Assembly: GCA_038247415.1 (NCBI GenBank)
Contig: JBBRUX010000005.1
Location: 59,504 to 123,503 of the forward strand
Source: Chitinivibrionales bacterium
GTDB lineage: Bacteria > Fibrobacterota > Chitinivibrionia > Chitinivibrionales > WJKA01
Reading direction: 5' to 3'
DNA length: 64,000 nucleotides
A program made the translations under genes and the position numbers. The stretch's first letter is position 1, and every line of letters begins with the position of its first letter. Positions 1-9,353 of this stretch are shown here, in pieces. Under the pieces are notes generated by a model that did no database searches, had not been told where the DNA came from, and was given only the letters and a program-made list of their open reading frames with translations.

Positions 1-2
1 AC

Positions 3-524
3 AAGAGAGAGCTTTCTGAATTTCGCCAAAACAGGCGACTCATAGCAGAAATTGGGGCATTTGCCGTTCACCAAGATTTGCGAGCATTTACAACAACACT
101 CGTGCTGCATCTTCAAAAGCTGATGTTTTTATACACCTTTAGATACCTGAATCTCGATGATATTGTTTTGGTAATAAACCCGCGACACAAGCTTTATTAT
201 CAACATGTCTTATTAGCCAACCAAATTGGGCCCGAGCGCGTTTACCAAAAGGTAAAAGGAAATCCGGCCATTGCCATGTCGATGGATGTTCGCAAAGCAC
301 AAGATCGTTTTAAAGAAAGCTATTCTACCCTACCCGACAATAAAAACTTGCATCGCTTTTTTTACGAACATACAAGCGAATGCCTACAAATGCCTGAACT
401 TCGTCAGCCTATTGTCACGTGGAATCGCGCATTGCTGCATTATTTTTTCGAAGAACGGTCGAAACTTTTCGAGACAACAAGCGCCGATACCATAAAATTT
501 ATTCTTAGCCATTACGAGAATTAA
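3..524 (+). CDS. N-acyl amino acid synthase, FeeM-like GNAT-fold protein (5' partial, starts before window)
   Basis: Frame is open from base 3 (KRELSEFRQNRRLIAEIGAFAVH). It contains the FeeM/NAS-type segment DDIVLVINPRHKLYYQHVLL...GPERVYQKVKGNPAIAM. Confidence 0.7.
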   Translation, partial: KRELSEFRQNRRLIAEIGAFAVHQDLRAFTTTLVLHLQKLMFLYTFRYLNLDDIVLVINPRHKLYYQHVLLANQIGPERVYQKVKGNPAIAMSMDVRKAQDRFKESYSTLPDNKNLHRFFYEHTSECLQMPELRQPIVTWNRALLHYFFEERSKLFETTSADTIKFILSHYEN

Positions 525-525
525 T

Positions 526-1308
526 ATGTCAACTGCAACAAGTGCTGGTTACGTTTCTGCCGACTATCTCAAAGCACTTGCGCAGGCAGCAGAACCCATA
601 AAAAAGCGCATACGAGATTTGCTTGCGCTAGGCTCCAACTCAAAAATTCTTGATGCGGGCTGTGGTCCTGGCACCGATACTATTCCTTTAGCACGTTTAC
701 TGAATAATTCGGGCATAATTTGTGGCATGGATGCCGATAGATCTATGATTCAAGCCGCGCAAACCCGCATACAAGTAGAATGGTTCCAAAATCTTTATCA
801 TTATGTCGCTAACGCCACTGCAATTCCTTGCAAAACCAACAGTTTTGATGCAGCATTTTGTGATCGGGTATTACAACACATTAAAGATGCTCATAACGCA
901 GTCGCCGAAATGTGTCGTATAGTAAAGCCTGGTGGGAAAATTGTACTTGTCGATTCAGATCATTCCTCACTGAGCATTTCGACAAATAATTCATCAACAG
1001 AATGTGCATTGCGAACCTGGAGAACTCAAAGATTACACAATGGCCTCGCTGCTCGTAATCTTGGCACCTATGCAATTAAAGCAGGGCTATTACTAGAAAG
1101 TATAGAGTGCATCCCTTTTCTATCTCGCAGCTATGCAGGATTTAGGCTCGGAACAGCTGCAGATCTTGTTGAGCAAGAAGCCGTTACACGAGGGATTATA
1201 TCGTCCGATCAATTAGATTCATATAAATCTGACCTGGAAGATCTCGATCGCGCCAATGCATTTTATTCTGTAATTCCTATGATAATACTCTCAGCAACTA
1301 AACCGTAA
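526..1308 (+). CDS. Class I SAM-dependent methyltransferase (UbiE/Methyltransf_11-like)
   Basis: Motif I ILDAGCGPG; DRVLQH; RIVKPGGKIV. Starts 1 nt after the upstream stop. Confidence 0.85.
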   Translation: MSTATSAGYVSADYLKALAQAAEPIKKRIRDLLALGSNSKILDAGCGPGTDTIPLARLLNNSGIICGMDADRSMIQAAQTRIQVEWFQNLYHYVANATAIPCKTNSFDAAFCDRVLQHIKDAHNAVAEMCRIVKPGGKIVLVDSDHSSLSISTNNSSTECALRTWRTQRLHNGLAARNLGTYAIKAGLLLESIECIPFLSRSYAGFRLGTAADLVEQEAVTRGIISSDQLDSYKSDLEDLDRANAFYSVIPMIILSATKP

Positions 1309-1315
1309 TACAAAC

Positions 1316-1714
1316 GTGAACCAAAACACAACAATTCAAACGACTATTCAGATTGCAGTGAGGCATCCAGAATCTGCATCTGCGCTAATGGCTAAAACTT
1401 TTGCAGCGCATTTCGATGGTGCACAGTGGATAGATCGTGAGATGCGACTCCAATTTTGTATCTTATTTTTGGGCAATTTAATCGATAGCAATATCGAAGA
1501 ATCTGTTGGTGCGGCTCTTATAGACCGGTTAGAGGCTCGATCTCTTGAATTTGGAATGCGAATGCTTAAGCGCAATCCTGATACAGGACTAAAAATTCTC
1601 ATTGTTCTCATAATGAAAGAACTAAGAACCCGCCAAAAGTTCGAATCAGAAGAGCAAATGTCATTCTATAAAGAAATCCTTGCTCGCTTTTTCCCCGAAA
1701 TTAATTCTCACTAA
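1316..1714 (+). CDS. Hypothetical protein, 132 aa (GTG start)
   Basis: Tightly packed in the same-strand cluster; no recognisable motif. Confidence 0.6.
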   Translation: MNQNTTIQTTIQIAVRHPESASALMAKTFAAHFDGAQWIDREMRLQFCILFLGNLIDSNIEESVGAALIDRLEARSLEFGMRMLKRNPDTGLKILIVLIMKELRTRQKFESEEQMSFYKEILARFFPEINSH

Positions 1715-1829
1715 AAGTGCAATTCCTGCCTTTTAGCAGTAACAATCACCCATTTTTACTTGCTTATTACTATATTATCTTTTCGTAATAAATGTACCGA
1801 GTACCTTTTATTGTTTTAAGCAGACCTTC

Positions 1830-3134
1830 ATGAATGATGCAAACCTTCGTGGTACCACCGTGGCTCCTGAATTGGAATGGCATAGCAATCCGATGTTGCG
1901 CAATGTGTCAAAACGCATTGTTCAGCCCATGATCAGATATCTTGACGCTGAATTTGGTACTACCATTACGAATCAAATTATTGCCGAAAGTGATCATGAT
2001 CGTGATTTTTTTGAAGATGTTTATGGATTTATGCCCATTGAAACCACCGAGAAAATGTTTGCGAGTGCAATCCGCATAACTGATAACCCCGACTTCGCCT
2101 ACAAAATGGGAAAAGAAATCTGGAAATACACTCCAACAATTCAAGCCCTTCTTGGAATAACCGTAGCTACCCCTTCTTTGCTTTTTGAGAATATGAACAA
2201 CATCGAAGGAAAAGCCGTACGTACAACAATAGTTGACACTCAAAAATTTGGGGCTTCCAAATATAGGCTTAGCATTAGCTTTAGGGGCGGCTTTGTGGAA
2301 CCAGCCAATGCATGCCGTAATAGGCATGGAACCTACGAATCGGCCACACAAATGTTCGGTTTACCACCATCCAAAGTTGAGCACCCCCAGTGCCGATTTA
2401 GAGGCGACGATCACTGCGTGTACGATATTACCGTCCCTGAACAATCATTTTTTATTTATCAAAAAATTTCGTTTATAATTGGCTTTTTGGGTTTGGTAGG
2501 CTTTGGTCTCTTTGCACTTTTGCACTCCCCTATTCTTGCAATAGTTGGAAGTCTTTGCATCCCGTTAGCGCTCGGTTCGTACCTCTTTTTCTTGAGATCG
2601 CGCCTTACCGCAAATTTACGGTGGATTGCAAATGCAAAGCATTCAATTGAGGAGAATAGCAAAGATGTTTTAACTGAAATGAATCGCACGAAACATTTGC
2701 ATGAGCTTACAAGCAACCTCAATAGCTGCTTATCTCCCCTATCTGTCGCGAAAGCAGCAACACATTCCCTTACCCACGATTTCAATTACGGCTCTGGGCA
2801 AGTTTGGCTTCTTAAAGACGACGACTCCCTTATGTGTACAGCAACATCTGGGTTAGCACAAAATCTTGAAGCCTCGGTGAAAAGTATTTCGTATTCCATA
2901 TCCGAGGGAATGAATCGCCCCGAAAGCTTTATTGCACATGTTATAGGCCGTAAAGAAATTCTCCTCATTAATGATGTTAAGACAAGTACACAAACCTTCA
3001 TTGCACCCACTCAAGATTTGCTCCAATTGATCAATCCATCATCCTTTATTATTGTGCCGACTGCTTTGCTTTATTATTGTGCCGATTCTCGAAAAAAACA
3101 AAGCAGTCGGCATGATCATTGGCGCAAACCATGA
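1830..3134 (+). CDS. Sensor histidine kinase, N-terminal fragment (V4R/H-NOX-like sensor, 2 TM, partial GAF); frameshifted
   Basis: V4R-like Cys pattern ACRNRHG...VEHPQCRFRGDDHCVYDI; two hydrophobic helices; the GAF domain runs to SSFIIVP, where a 25-nt insertion shifts the frame. Confidence 0.75.
   Translation: MNDANLRGTTVAPELEWHSNPMLRNVSKRIVQPMIRYLDAEFGTTITNQIIAESDHDRDFFEDVYGFMPIETTEKMFASAIRITDNPDFAYKMGKEIWKYTPTIQALLGITVATPSLLFENMNNIEGKAVRTTIVDTQKFGASKYRLSISFRGGFVEPANACRNRHGTYESATQMFGLPPSKVEHPQCRFRGDDHCVYDITVPEQSFFIYQKISFIIGFLGLVGFGLFALLHSPILAIVGSLCIPLALGSYLFFLRSRLTANLRWIANAKHSIEENSKDVLTEMNRTKHLHELTSNLNSCLSPLSVAKAATHSLTHDFNYGSGQVWLLKDDDSLMCTATSGLAQNLEASVKSISYSISEGMNRPESFIAHVIGRKEILLINDVKTSTQTFIAPTQDLLQLINPSSFIIVPTALLYYCADSRKKQSSRHDHWRKP
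3044..3085 (+). repeat. 17-bp direct duplication (CTTTATTATTGTGCCGA at 3044-3060 and 3069-3085) with 8-nt spacer
   Basis: Read directly from the sequence. Removing 25 nt restores SSFIIVP-ILEKNKAVGMIIG. Confidence 0.95.
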
Positions 3135-4113
3135 GGCTGGTGTTCAAGTAAAATATCTGGATCGTGTTATTTTCGAAGCACTTACGCTTGTCGTTTCAAC
3201 AACATTGGCAAAGGCCAAAGTCTTTGAAAGCATGGAACGAAAACTCGAAAAAAGAAAGCAACTCTTGCGCGATCGTCAAGATGAATTGCTTATAGCCCGA
3301 AAGATATCAATTCAAAACGAAAAGGTCTCTGCGCTGGGGGAAATGGCCGCAGGCGTTGCGCACGAGATTAACAATCCGCTTAATTTCCTTGTTAATATAG
3401 TAAGCGAGCTCGAACGAGACACAAAAGGGTTGCATGAAATAGCTGCACTCGGTAACACGTTTGCACCACAAAACATTCGCCATGAAATCGATAAAATCTT
3501 TGTCGATTACAACCTTGCCGAGCGCATCACTGAATCGGACTATGTTTACACGCTCATCCGACAATCTCTTGCCCGTGCACAGAAAACGGTGAGTAGTCTG
3601 CGCATTTTTGCGCGCCAAGCCGGTAACGATGGAGTAAAACCCGAACCATTGTGCGAATTGATTCGTAGTGCATTCGAGATTATTCCACAAAAATATCGAG
3701 CAGATGTAACCCTTACGTGCGAGCTTGGTTCAGAGTGCGCGGTGCATGTTAATCGTATAGAATTCTCTCAGATAATTATTAATATCCTTACCAATTCCAT
3801 AGAAGCCATGAATGGCAAAGGATCAATAAAAATTGACTTAGAAGAAACAAATCGATCTCATCTGGTTTCAATTTCAGATACTGGTTGCGGGGTTCCTCCC
3901 GAAAATAGAGCACTTATTTTTAAAGCCTTTTTTACCACACAAAATAAAGAACAGCATACCGGCTTAGGGCTTACGGTTGCGCTGGAACTTTCTCATAAAA
4001 ATGGCGGTACTATCGAACTCGCACAAAAGCAACCCACTCTGGGAGCATGCTTTATAATTACTATACCTAAACCGTTCAAACCTTCGGCAGAGCTGGATGC
4101 CCATGCCGCTTAA
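3052..4113 (+). CDS. Sensor histidine kinase, C-terminal fragment (end of GAF, HisKA, HATPase_c)
   Basis: H-box GVAHEINNPL, N-box NILTNSIEAM, G1 DTGCG, F-box FFTT, G2 TGLGL. Confidence 0.85.
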   Translation: MCRLLCFIIVPILEKNKAVGMIIGANHEAGVQVKYLDRVIFEALTLVVSTTLAKAKVFESMERKLEKRKQLLRDRQDELLIARKISIQNEKVSALGEMAAGVAHEINNPLNFLVNIVSELERDTKGLHEIAALGNTFAPQNIRHEIDKIFVDYNLAERITESDYVYTLIRQSLARAQKTVSSLRIFARQAGNDGVKPEPLCELIRSAFEIIPQKYRADVTLTCELGSECAVHVNRIEFSQIIINILTNSIEAMNGKGSIKIDLEETNRSHLVSISDTGCGVPPENRALIFKAFFTTQNKEQHTGLGLTVALELSHKNGGTIELAQKQPTLGACFIITIPKPFKPSAELDAHAA

Positions 4114-5809
4114 AAAAGGATTGCTTAAAAAAATTGCTGCATCAACTGCTATTATACTGGCTTTGATAATTATTTGCATATCCATTTTCTCTCATCTGAC
4201 GTTGTGGTGGGGAACAGCCGAATTCTTTTTATGTATTGGCTTATTTATTATTATCTTCGATTGGCATGATCGTAGTTCGCTTCTCATGAAACAAAGCAAT
4301 GCTAAAACAATCGAATTAGAACAAACTCATAATAGCCTCGTTCGTGCCAATGAGCACATTGTTGCCCTTCATGGTTTTTCTCAACAAATAACCGGATGTG
4401 AAACTATACAATCGGTCTGCCACACCGTTACAACCGCACTTGTAAATAGTTTTTCATACGATGCGAGTATTTTTTGGCTCTGGGATAACACTCACAACAA
4501 GCTTATGGCAATTTCTGCGGCAGGCAATATCCCTGCTCTAATAGACCTTCCTGATACGCTTACCCAACATGATGGCCTCTTGGAATCAGTGATGCGCTCA
4601 AAGCAAACCGTGCTCATTCGACGTCGCGAAGAAAAATCAAACGATAAAAATAACGAAAAAATAAAACTTCTCGAAAGCGTTGGTCTCTATTCTGTTGTGG
4701 TAACCCCGCTCATGCACGAAAACGAGATTCTTGGGGTTCTCTTGGCAGGTTTTCAGGAAATTCAAAGTATGGATACTCACGATGCAAAGGTCATCGAATC
4801 GTTGCTCAACACAGCATCGGATCGTATGGCTAAAGGCCAGCTCGAGCTACTTGACGAAAAAGAAGAATCCGTTTTCAATTCGGTCTCTAACCTTGCAGGT
4901 AATGCCCTTGCGCGAGTAATCATGTTTTCGAGCATGGAAGCTCAAATTGAAAAGCGTGCCAAAGAGCTAACCTTAACCCACGAAAAACTTGCTCAAACAC
5001 GAGAAATAATCATTCAGGTCGAGAAGCTTTCATCTCTTGGGAAAATGGCTGCGGGCGTTATTCACGAAATCAACGACCCACTCAATTTTCTTGTTAATAT
5101 TTTGCCCGATCTTAAGCGCGACTTCGAGGGGCTCACACACATCAAAACGTTGCTGCTCACCCCAGACTGCCCTGCGGATTTAAAACAGAAAGTTCAAAAC
5201 ATTGTTGACGAGTACGAACTCGAATCTCATTTGGAAGAGCTGGACTTTATTTTTTCTCGAGCATCCGATGCACTAGGCAAAAGCTCTCGCATTGCTTCCG
5301 GGTTGCAGGTCTTTTCCCAAGGCGGCAAATCGGTGTCGAAATCATCAGATCTTATTGCGCTGGTTACCCAAACGCTCGAGCTTATTCCTCGCAAAACCAA
5401 AGGGGATATCGCCATACATCTCGATCCTGCTTCCGAAATACTATGGGAAGTAAACCCCGATAGATTTTCCCAGGTTTGCATGAATCTCATTATCAATGCA
5501 CTAGATGCCATGAATGGGCAAGGCACATTAACCATTGCTGGAACATCTTCTGGTACACAGGCCCACATAAGCTTTTCAGATGATGGACCAGGCATTCCCC
5601 TAGCCATCCAGAAAAAAATCTTCGATCCCTTTTTCACAACAAAGCCTGCCGGAAAAAGTACGGGACTTGGGCTTACTATCTGCGCTGAAATCGTGCGTGA
5701 TTATGGTGGCCGATTTGAAATCGATTCTGCACCCGGTACAGGAACCCGTTTCACCATATATTTCTCAGAAGAACAGCGCACAGCATTTAATCTGGCGCTT
5801 CCCGTATAA
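4097..5809 (+). CDS. Membrane-anchored GAF-domain sensor histidine kinase
   Basis: Two N-terminal TM helices; GAF (SVVVTPLMHENEILGVL); H-box GVIHEINDPL, NLIINALDAM, DDGPG, FDPFFTTK, TGLGL. Confidence 0.9.
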   Translation: MPMPLKKGLLKKIAASTAIILALIIICISIFSHLTLWWGTAEFFLCIGLFIIIFDWHDRSSLLMKQSNAKTIELEQTHNSLVRANEHIVALHGFSQQITGCETIQSVCHTVTTALVNSFSYDASIFWLWDNTHNKLMAISAAGNIPALIDLPDTLTQHDGLLESVMRSKQTVLIRRREEKSNDKNNEKIKLLESVGLYSVVVTPLMHENEILGVLLAGFQEIQSMDTHDAKVIESLLNTASDRMAKGQLELLDEKEESVFNSVSNLAGNALARVIMFSSMEAQIEKRAKELTLTHEKLAQTREIIIQVEKLSSLGKMAAGVIHEINDPLNFLVNILPDLKRDFEGLTHIKTLLLTPDCPADLKQKVQNIVDEYELESHLEELDFIFSRASDALGKSSRIASGLQVFSQGGKSVSKSSDLIALVTQTLELIPRKTKGDIAIHLDPASEILWEVNPDRFSQVCMNLIINALDAMNGQGTLTIAGTSSGTQAHISFSDDGPGIPLAIQKKIFDPFFTTKPAGKSTGLGLTICAEIVRDYGGRFEIDSAPGTGTRFTIYFSEEQRTAFNLALPV

Positions 5810-5927
5810 CTCTTTAAAAATTGCCCCATTAAAAAACGCCCTCCATTCTTGATCAAAATTGATTGAACCCTGCAGAATATTCCGCGATTGCGGCAGATTT
5901 TCCCCTCTCTTAATTCTGTAAATTTCT

Positions 5928-5972
5928 TAATCGATTGATTTAAAACAAACTCCTGTATGGCCCTTAGTTTGC
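5928..5972 (+). promoter_or_regulatory. Putative sigma54 (-24/-12) promoter with adjacent IHF-consensus site
   Basis: TGGCCCTTAGTTTGC at 5958-5972 (GG-N10-GC); AATCAATCGATTA (WATCAA-N4-TTR) on the minus strand at 5928-5940; about 35 nt before the ATG at 6007. Confidence 0.55.
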
Positions 5973-6006
5973 GTTTTACCTTAGCAACACCATAAGGAGG
6001 ATTTAT

Positions 6007-6231
6007 ATGAACGCCCTTAAAAAAAAGCTTATTAAACGTGCAACACAAGCGTACAAACACATTTATCCCTGTACCAACAAACGATCTCTCTACGAATGTT
6101 TTACCTCCGAAGGAGAGCGACTGCTTTTCTGGTTTAATACCGCTGATAATAATACGCATCTTCTTATAGGAGATATGAAACCTGTCCAACAATTTGCACG
6201 TCAAGCTTATCACTCTTCCACGTACACGTAG
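6007..6231 (+). CDS. Small hypothetical protein, 74 aa
   Basis: Strong SD (TAAGGAGG) before the ATG; protein-like sequence IYPC...ECFTSEGERLLFWFNTADNNTH. Confidence 0.75.
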   Translation: MNALKKKLIKRATQAYKHIYPCTNKRSLYECFTSEGERLLFWFNTADNNTHLLIGDMKPVQQFARQAYHSSTYT

Positions 6232-6262
6232 CCGATTGTATGGTTGGATGTATTTTTCTTGC

Positions 6263-7441
6263 ATGAATCAAAAAACGATTTCTTCCATTGATATTTTTTC
6301 TCACGTTATCGATAATTTTGGTGATGCAGGTGTCGCACTACGATTAGCCAGTGAGCTCTCGTACCGGATAGCACATCACCCTATCCGCTTATTTACCGAT
6401 GCATACGAACTCACCAACCGACTTCTTGGCGAAACATGTATTTGCGTAAACAACGCAGGTGCAAATTTGAGCATTCACCCTTGGACTTCTACCACGTGCT
6501 GGAACGACCTCACGCCAGCAGATTTGATTATTGAAACGTTTGGGTGCGACATTCCCACTGAGTACCTAAAAAAAGCCTATGTGCGTGGCGGGGTCTGGTT
6601 TAACCTCGAATATCTTTCGGCAGAAAGCTGGATAGAAGAGTGCCACCTTGGAGAATCGCTGCTGGATTCTGGCTCATTGCGAAAATTCTTTTTTATGCCA
6701 GGATTTACAAAAGCAACAGGAGGGCTCATTACCCGTGCGATAAAACTGACTTCACCACACACCGCTGTGCCCAATGCAGCTCGGGCAGTGCGCACTTTCG
6801 CCCAATCGTATGGATATACGCCAACCGAACCAGAATTCATTGGTTTCCTCTTTTGTTATGACTTTGAACATGCTTCCTTTTTTGATGCATTAGTAAATTA
6901 CCCGACACGCATTCTACTTATTGCCTGCGGAGATCAAGCTCATGAAGCAGTAAAAAACAACATGAAACAAGGAGTGAGGGAAACGAATTTTCTCATTCAC
7001 GAAAAAAACCTAACGGTGCTTCTTGCGCCTTTTGTAAATCAAGCTTCATTCGATACGCTCATTGCAGGCTCAGATTTTGCACTTATCCGTGGAGAAGATT
7101 CTCTTGCACAAGCAGTTCTTGCCCACGTCCCTTGTATCTGGGATATTTACAAACAAGAGCGATCGGTACATACTAAAAAGCTTATTGCATTTCTCGACCG
7201 AATAAAGCCGTTTTTTGCAGACCAACTCATTTTTACTGGGTACCAAGAACTCATGCACCAGTATAACAGCGATAGCGATCTTACTACCACTCTGCAATGG
7301 ATCTGGTTTTTAAATAACCTGAGCCCGCTCAAACAATCCGCAGTCGAGTTTGCGAGCTACCTCAATAAAAATTGCAATCTATGCGATCAAATGCTATTTT
7401 ATGCGACTCAATTTTTAAACCAGTCAAGGGAGCATTCATGA
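6263..7441 (+). CDS. earP: EF-P arginine rhamnosyltransferase EarP
   Basis: IDIFSHVIDNFGDAGVALRLA, WFNLEYLSAESWIEECH, FFMPGFTKATGGL, IRGEDS, WDIYKQE; ATGA overlap with efp. Start taken at ATG 6263. Confidence 0.95.
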   Translation: MNQKTISSIDIFSHVIDNFGDAGVALRLASELSYRIAHHPIRLFTDAYELTNRLLGETCICVNNAGANLSIHPWTSTTCWNDLTPADLIIETFGCDIPTEYLKKAYVRGGVWFNLEYLSAESWIEECHLGESLLDSGSLRKFFFMPGFTKATGGLITRAIKLTSPHTAVPNAARAVRTFAQSYGYTPTEPEFIGFLFCYDFEHASFFDALVNYPTRILLIACGDQAHEAVKNNMKQGVRETNFLIHEKNLTVLLAPFVNQASFDTLIAGSDFALIRGEDSLAQAVLAHVPCIWDIYKQERSVHTKKLIAFLDRIKPFFADQLIFTGYQELMHQYNSDSDLTTTLQWIWFLNNLSPLKQSAVEFASYLNKNCNLCDQMLFYATQFLNQSREHS

Positions 7442-7998
7442 GAGAAGCAGGCGATCTCAGACAAGGTAATGTGGTAAAAGTGGGCAACGATTTACTCCTC
7501 GTTGTGAAATCTATCTATAACGCTGGTGGTCGCAATGCTGCTACGGTTAAAATGAAGCTTAAAAATTTGGCCTCCAATGCCGTTACAGAAAATGTGTATC
7601 GTGCCACCGATAAGTTCGATAACATTATGCTCGATAAAAAAACCATGGCCTATTTGTATGGATCCAATGATTTTTATACCTTCATGGATCAAAACTCCTT
7701 TGAGCAGATCGATCTTACCAAAGAAGTTTTAGGCGATGCTCTCAACTATATCAAAGAGCAGATGGAAATCGATATTGTTTTCTACGGTGATAAGCCCGTT
7801 TCCATAGAACTCCCTACAAACGTAGATATGGAAATTACCTACACCGAACCCGCAACTAAAGGCGACACCTCTGGCAAAGTGTTTAAAGCAGCCACCATTG
7901 AAACTGGATTTGAAGTTCAGGTTCCTCTCTATTGTATGATTGGCGAAAAAATTCGCATCGATACGAGAAATGGTGAATTTGTAGAGCGCGTTAAATAA
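7438..7998 (+). CDS. efp: Elongation factor P (Arg32, rhamnosylated type)
   Basis: GGRNAATVKMKLKNL loop, YTEPATKGDT, IRIDTRNGEFVER. Confidence 0.97.
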   Translation: MREAGDLRQGNVVKVGNDLLLVVKSIYNAGGRNAATVKMKLKNLASNAVTENVYRATDKFDNIMLDKKTMAYLYGSNDFYTFMDQNSFEQIDLTKEVLGDALNYIKEQMEIDIVFYGDKPVSIELPTNVDMEITYTEPATKGDTSGKVFKAATIETGFEVQVPLYCMIGEKIRIDTRNGEFVERVK

Positions 7999-8014
7999 AA
8001 AAATAGCTATCAAT

Positions 8015-8055
8015 AAAAAAGGCAACTTTTAAGTGATTAAAAGCTGCCTTTTTTT
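8015..8055. terminator. Probable bidirectional intrinsic terminator between efp and the acyltransferase gene
   Basis: AAAAAAGGCAACTTTTAA-GTGA-TTAAAAGCTGCCTTTTTTT inverted repeat with A and T tracts, between convergent genes. Confidence 0.85.
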
Positions 8056-8074
8056 ATAGTGTGGCAAAGGCTCT

Positions 8075-9175
8075 CTAGCCCCGAACTTTTCTCCAAACCA
8101 GTGCACTTCCTACATATAACGAAACCATCAAAATGGTGACTCTTAGTGGAGAGTGCAACAGCATATGATAATGCAACACGCGTTCTGTAAAGAGGCATAT
8201 CAGAGAAATAAGAGGGATATGAATTAAAAATGGATAAAACGAACAAATACCGAGAGCACGAACAAGCGGAAATTTAAATACCCAGGCAATGATGCCAGTT
8301 CCACGGGCCAAAGCATACAAAAGCATGGCATATAAGGGTGTCATAAAAACATGATACCGAAAAAAACGTTCTTGCCAAACACAAACCTCAAATTCTTTAA
8401 CATTATAATAAATGCAGATAATAAGGACTGCGATAGCTATATCATTTAAAATCCAATCGTACCGCCCAATGCTTGCAAACCCTTTAGGATGACTTAGCAC
8501 AAAAAACCGAGCAACAAGCATCCCTATAAAAAACTCAAAAAAACGAAGTGGCGCAAAAATATGAAAAAAGGAATAATAATTCTGATTACTTATATACACA
8601 TAAGTAAACGACCAAGCAAGTATCGGCAGCATGGCAATACCGCTTGCCACAAGAACCGATCTCCTGGTTTTTAAACGAGCAACAACCTTAAGCGCTGGCC
8701 CAATAAGCGCATAGCAGAGGAAAAATGCAGAAAGTGCCCACGAAGGCGTATTAAGAGAACAGAGGGTTACAGGAAAAAAGGATGATAATCCTAAAAGATG
8801 AATGATCGCTGCCAGTGGAATATCAAAGAAGCCCAGCCCTTGCATTGTTGTCAAGCATATGGGAATCATGATAATGGTCATCGCAGCATGCAAAGGATAC
8901 AGAGCACGCAAACGTCGTTTAAAAAAATCCCATCCATTAAAGACTTTATCTGTTTTTCCAAACTTATATCCATAAATAAAGCCACCGATAATAAAAAAGA
9001 GCGATGCATGAAACGGAGGCCCTTTAATAACTGCAAAAAACCACCCTGGGGTGGCATGCATATCGTTAAGTCCACCAATTTGAACAATATGAAAGAGGAC
9101 TATGCCTGCGGATGCTACGAGCCGTAGTCCATCGATACAGGGAAAATAGCCCGGTTTCGCTGTTGTTTTAAGCAT
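8075..9175 (-). CDS. Acyltransferase family 3 (OafA-like membrane O-acyltransferase)
   Basis: IDGLR...VLFH, FFIIGGF, FFKRRLRALYP, NTPSWALS, GICSFYPFLIH; multiple TM helices. Confidence 0.88.
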   Translation of the reverse strand: MLKTTAKPGYFPCIDGLRLVASAGIVLFHIVQIGGLNDMHATPGWFFAVIKGPPFHASLFFIIGGFIYGYKFGKTDKVFNGWDFFKRRLRALYPLHAAMTIIMIPICLTTMQGLGFFDIPLAAIIHLLGLSSFFPVTLCSLNTPSWALSAFFLCYALIGPALKVVARLKTRRSVLVASGIAMLPILAWSFTYVYISNQNYYSFFHIFAPLRFFEFFIGMLVARFFVLSHPKGFASIGRYDWILNDIAIAVLIICIYYNVKEFEVCVWQERFFRYHVFMTPLYAMLLYALARGTGIIAWVFKFPLVRALGICSFYPFLIHIPLISLICLFTERVLHYHMLLHSPLRVTILMVSLYVGSALVWRKVRG

Positions 9176-9353
9176 TTCAGTGAGTTCTCGTGCGTCATCA
9201 TATAGTTACGTTAATTTTTAATATAATACATTAAATGCCCCATGGTTTTGGATTTTGATATTCTACCAACGAGAAGCCCATCATTTATATTTTGTTTGTT
9301 GTTTTCGAGAGCAAAAACTTCACGCGGCTTATATTTCAAAGGAGTACTATAGT

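Noticed and set aside
5701..6264. 187-aa minus-strand ORF
   Set aside because: Overlaps the kinase 3' end and the SD-supported 6007-6231 gene on the other strand; no motif.
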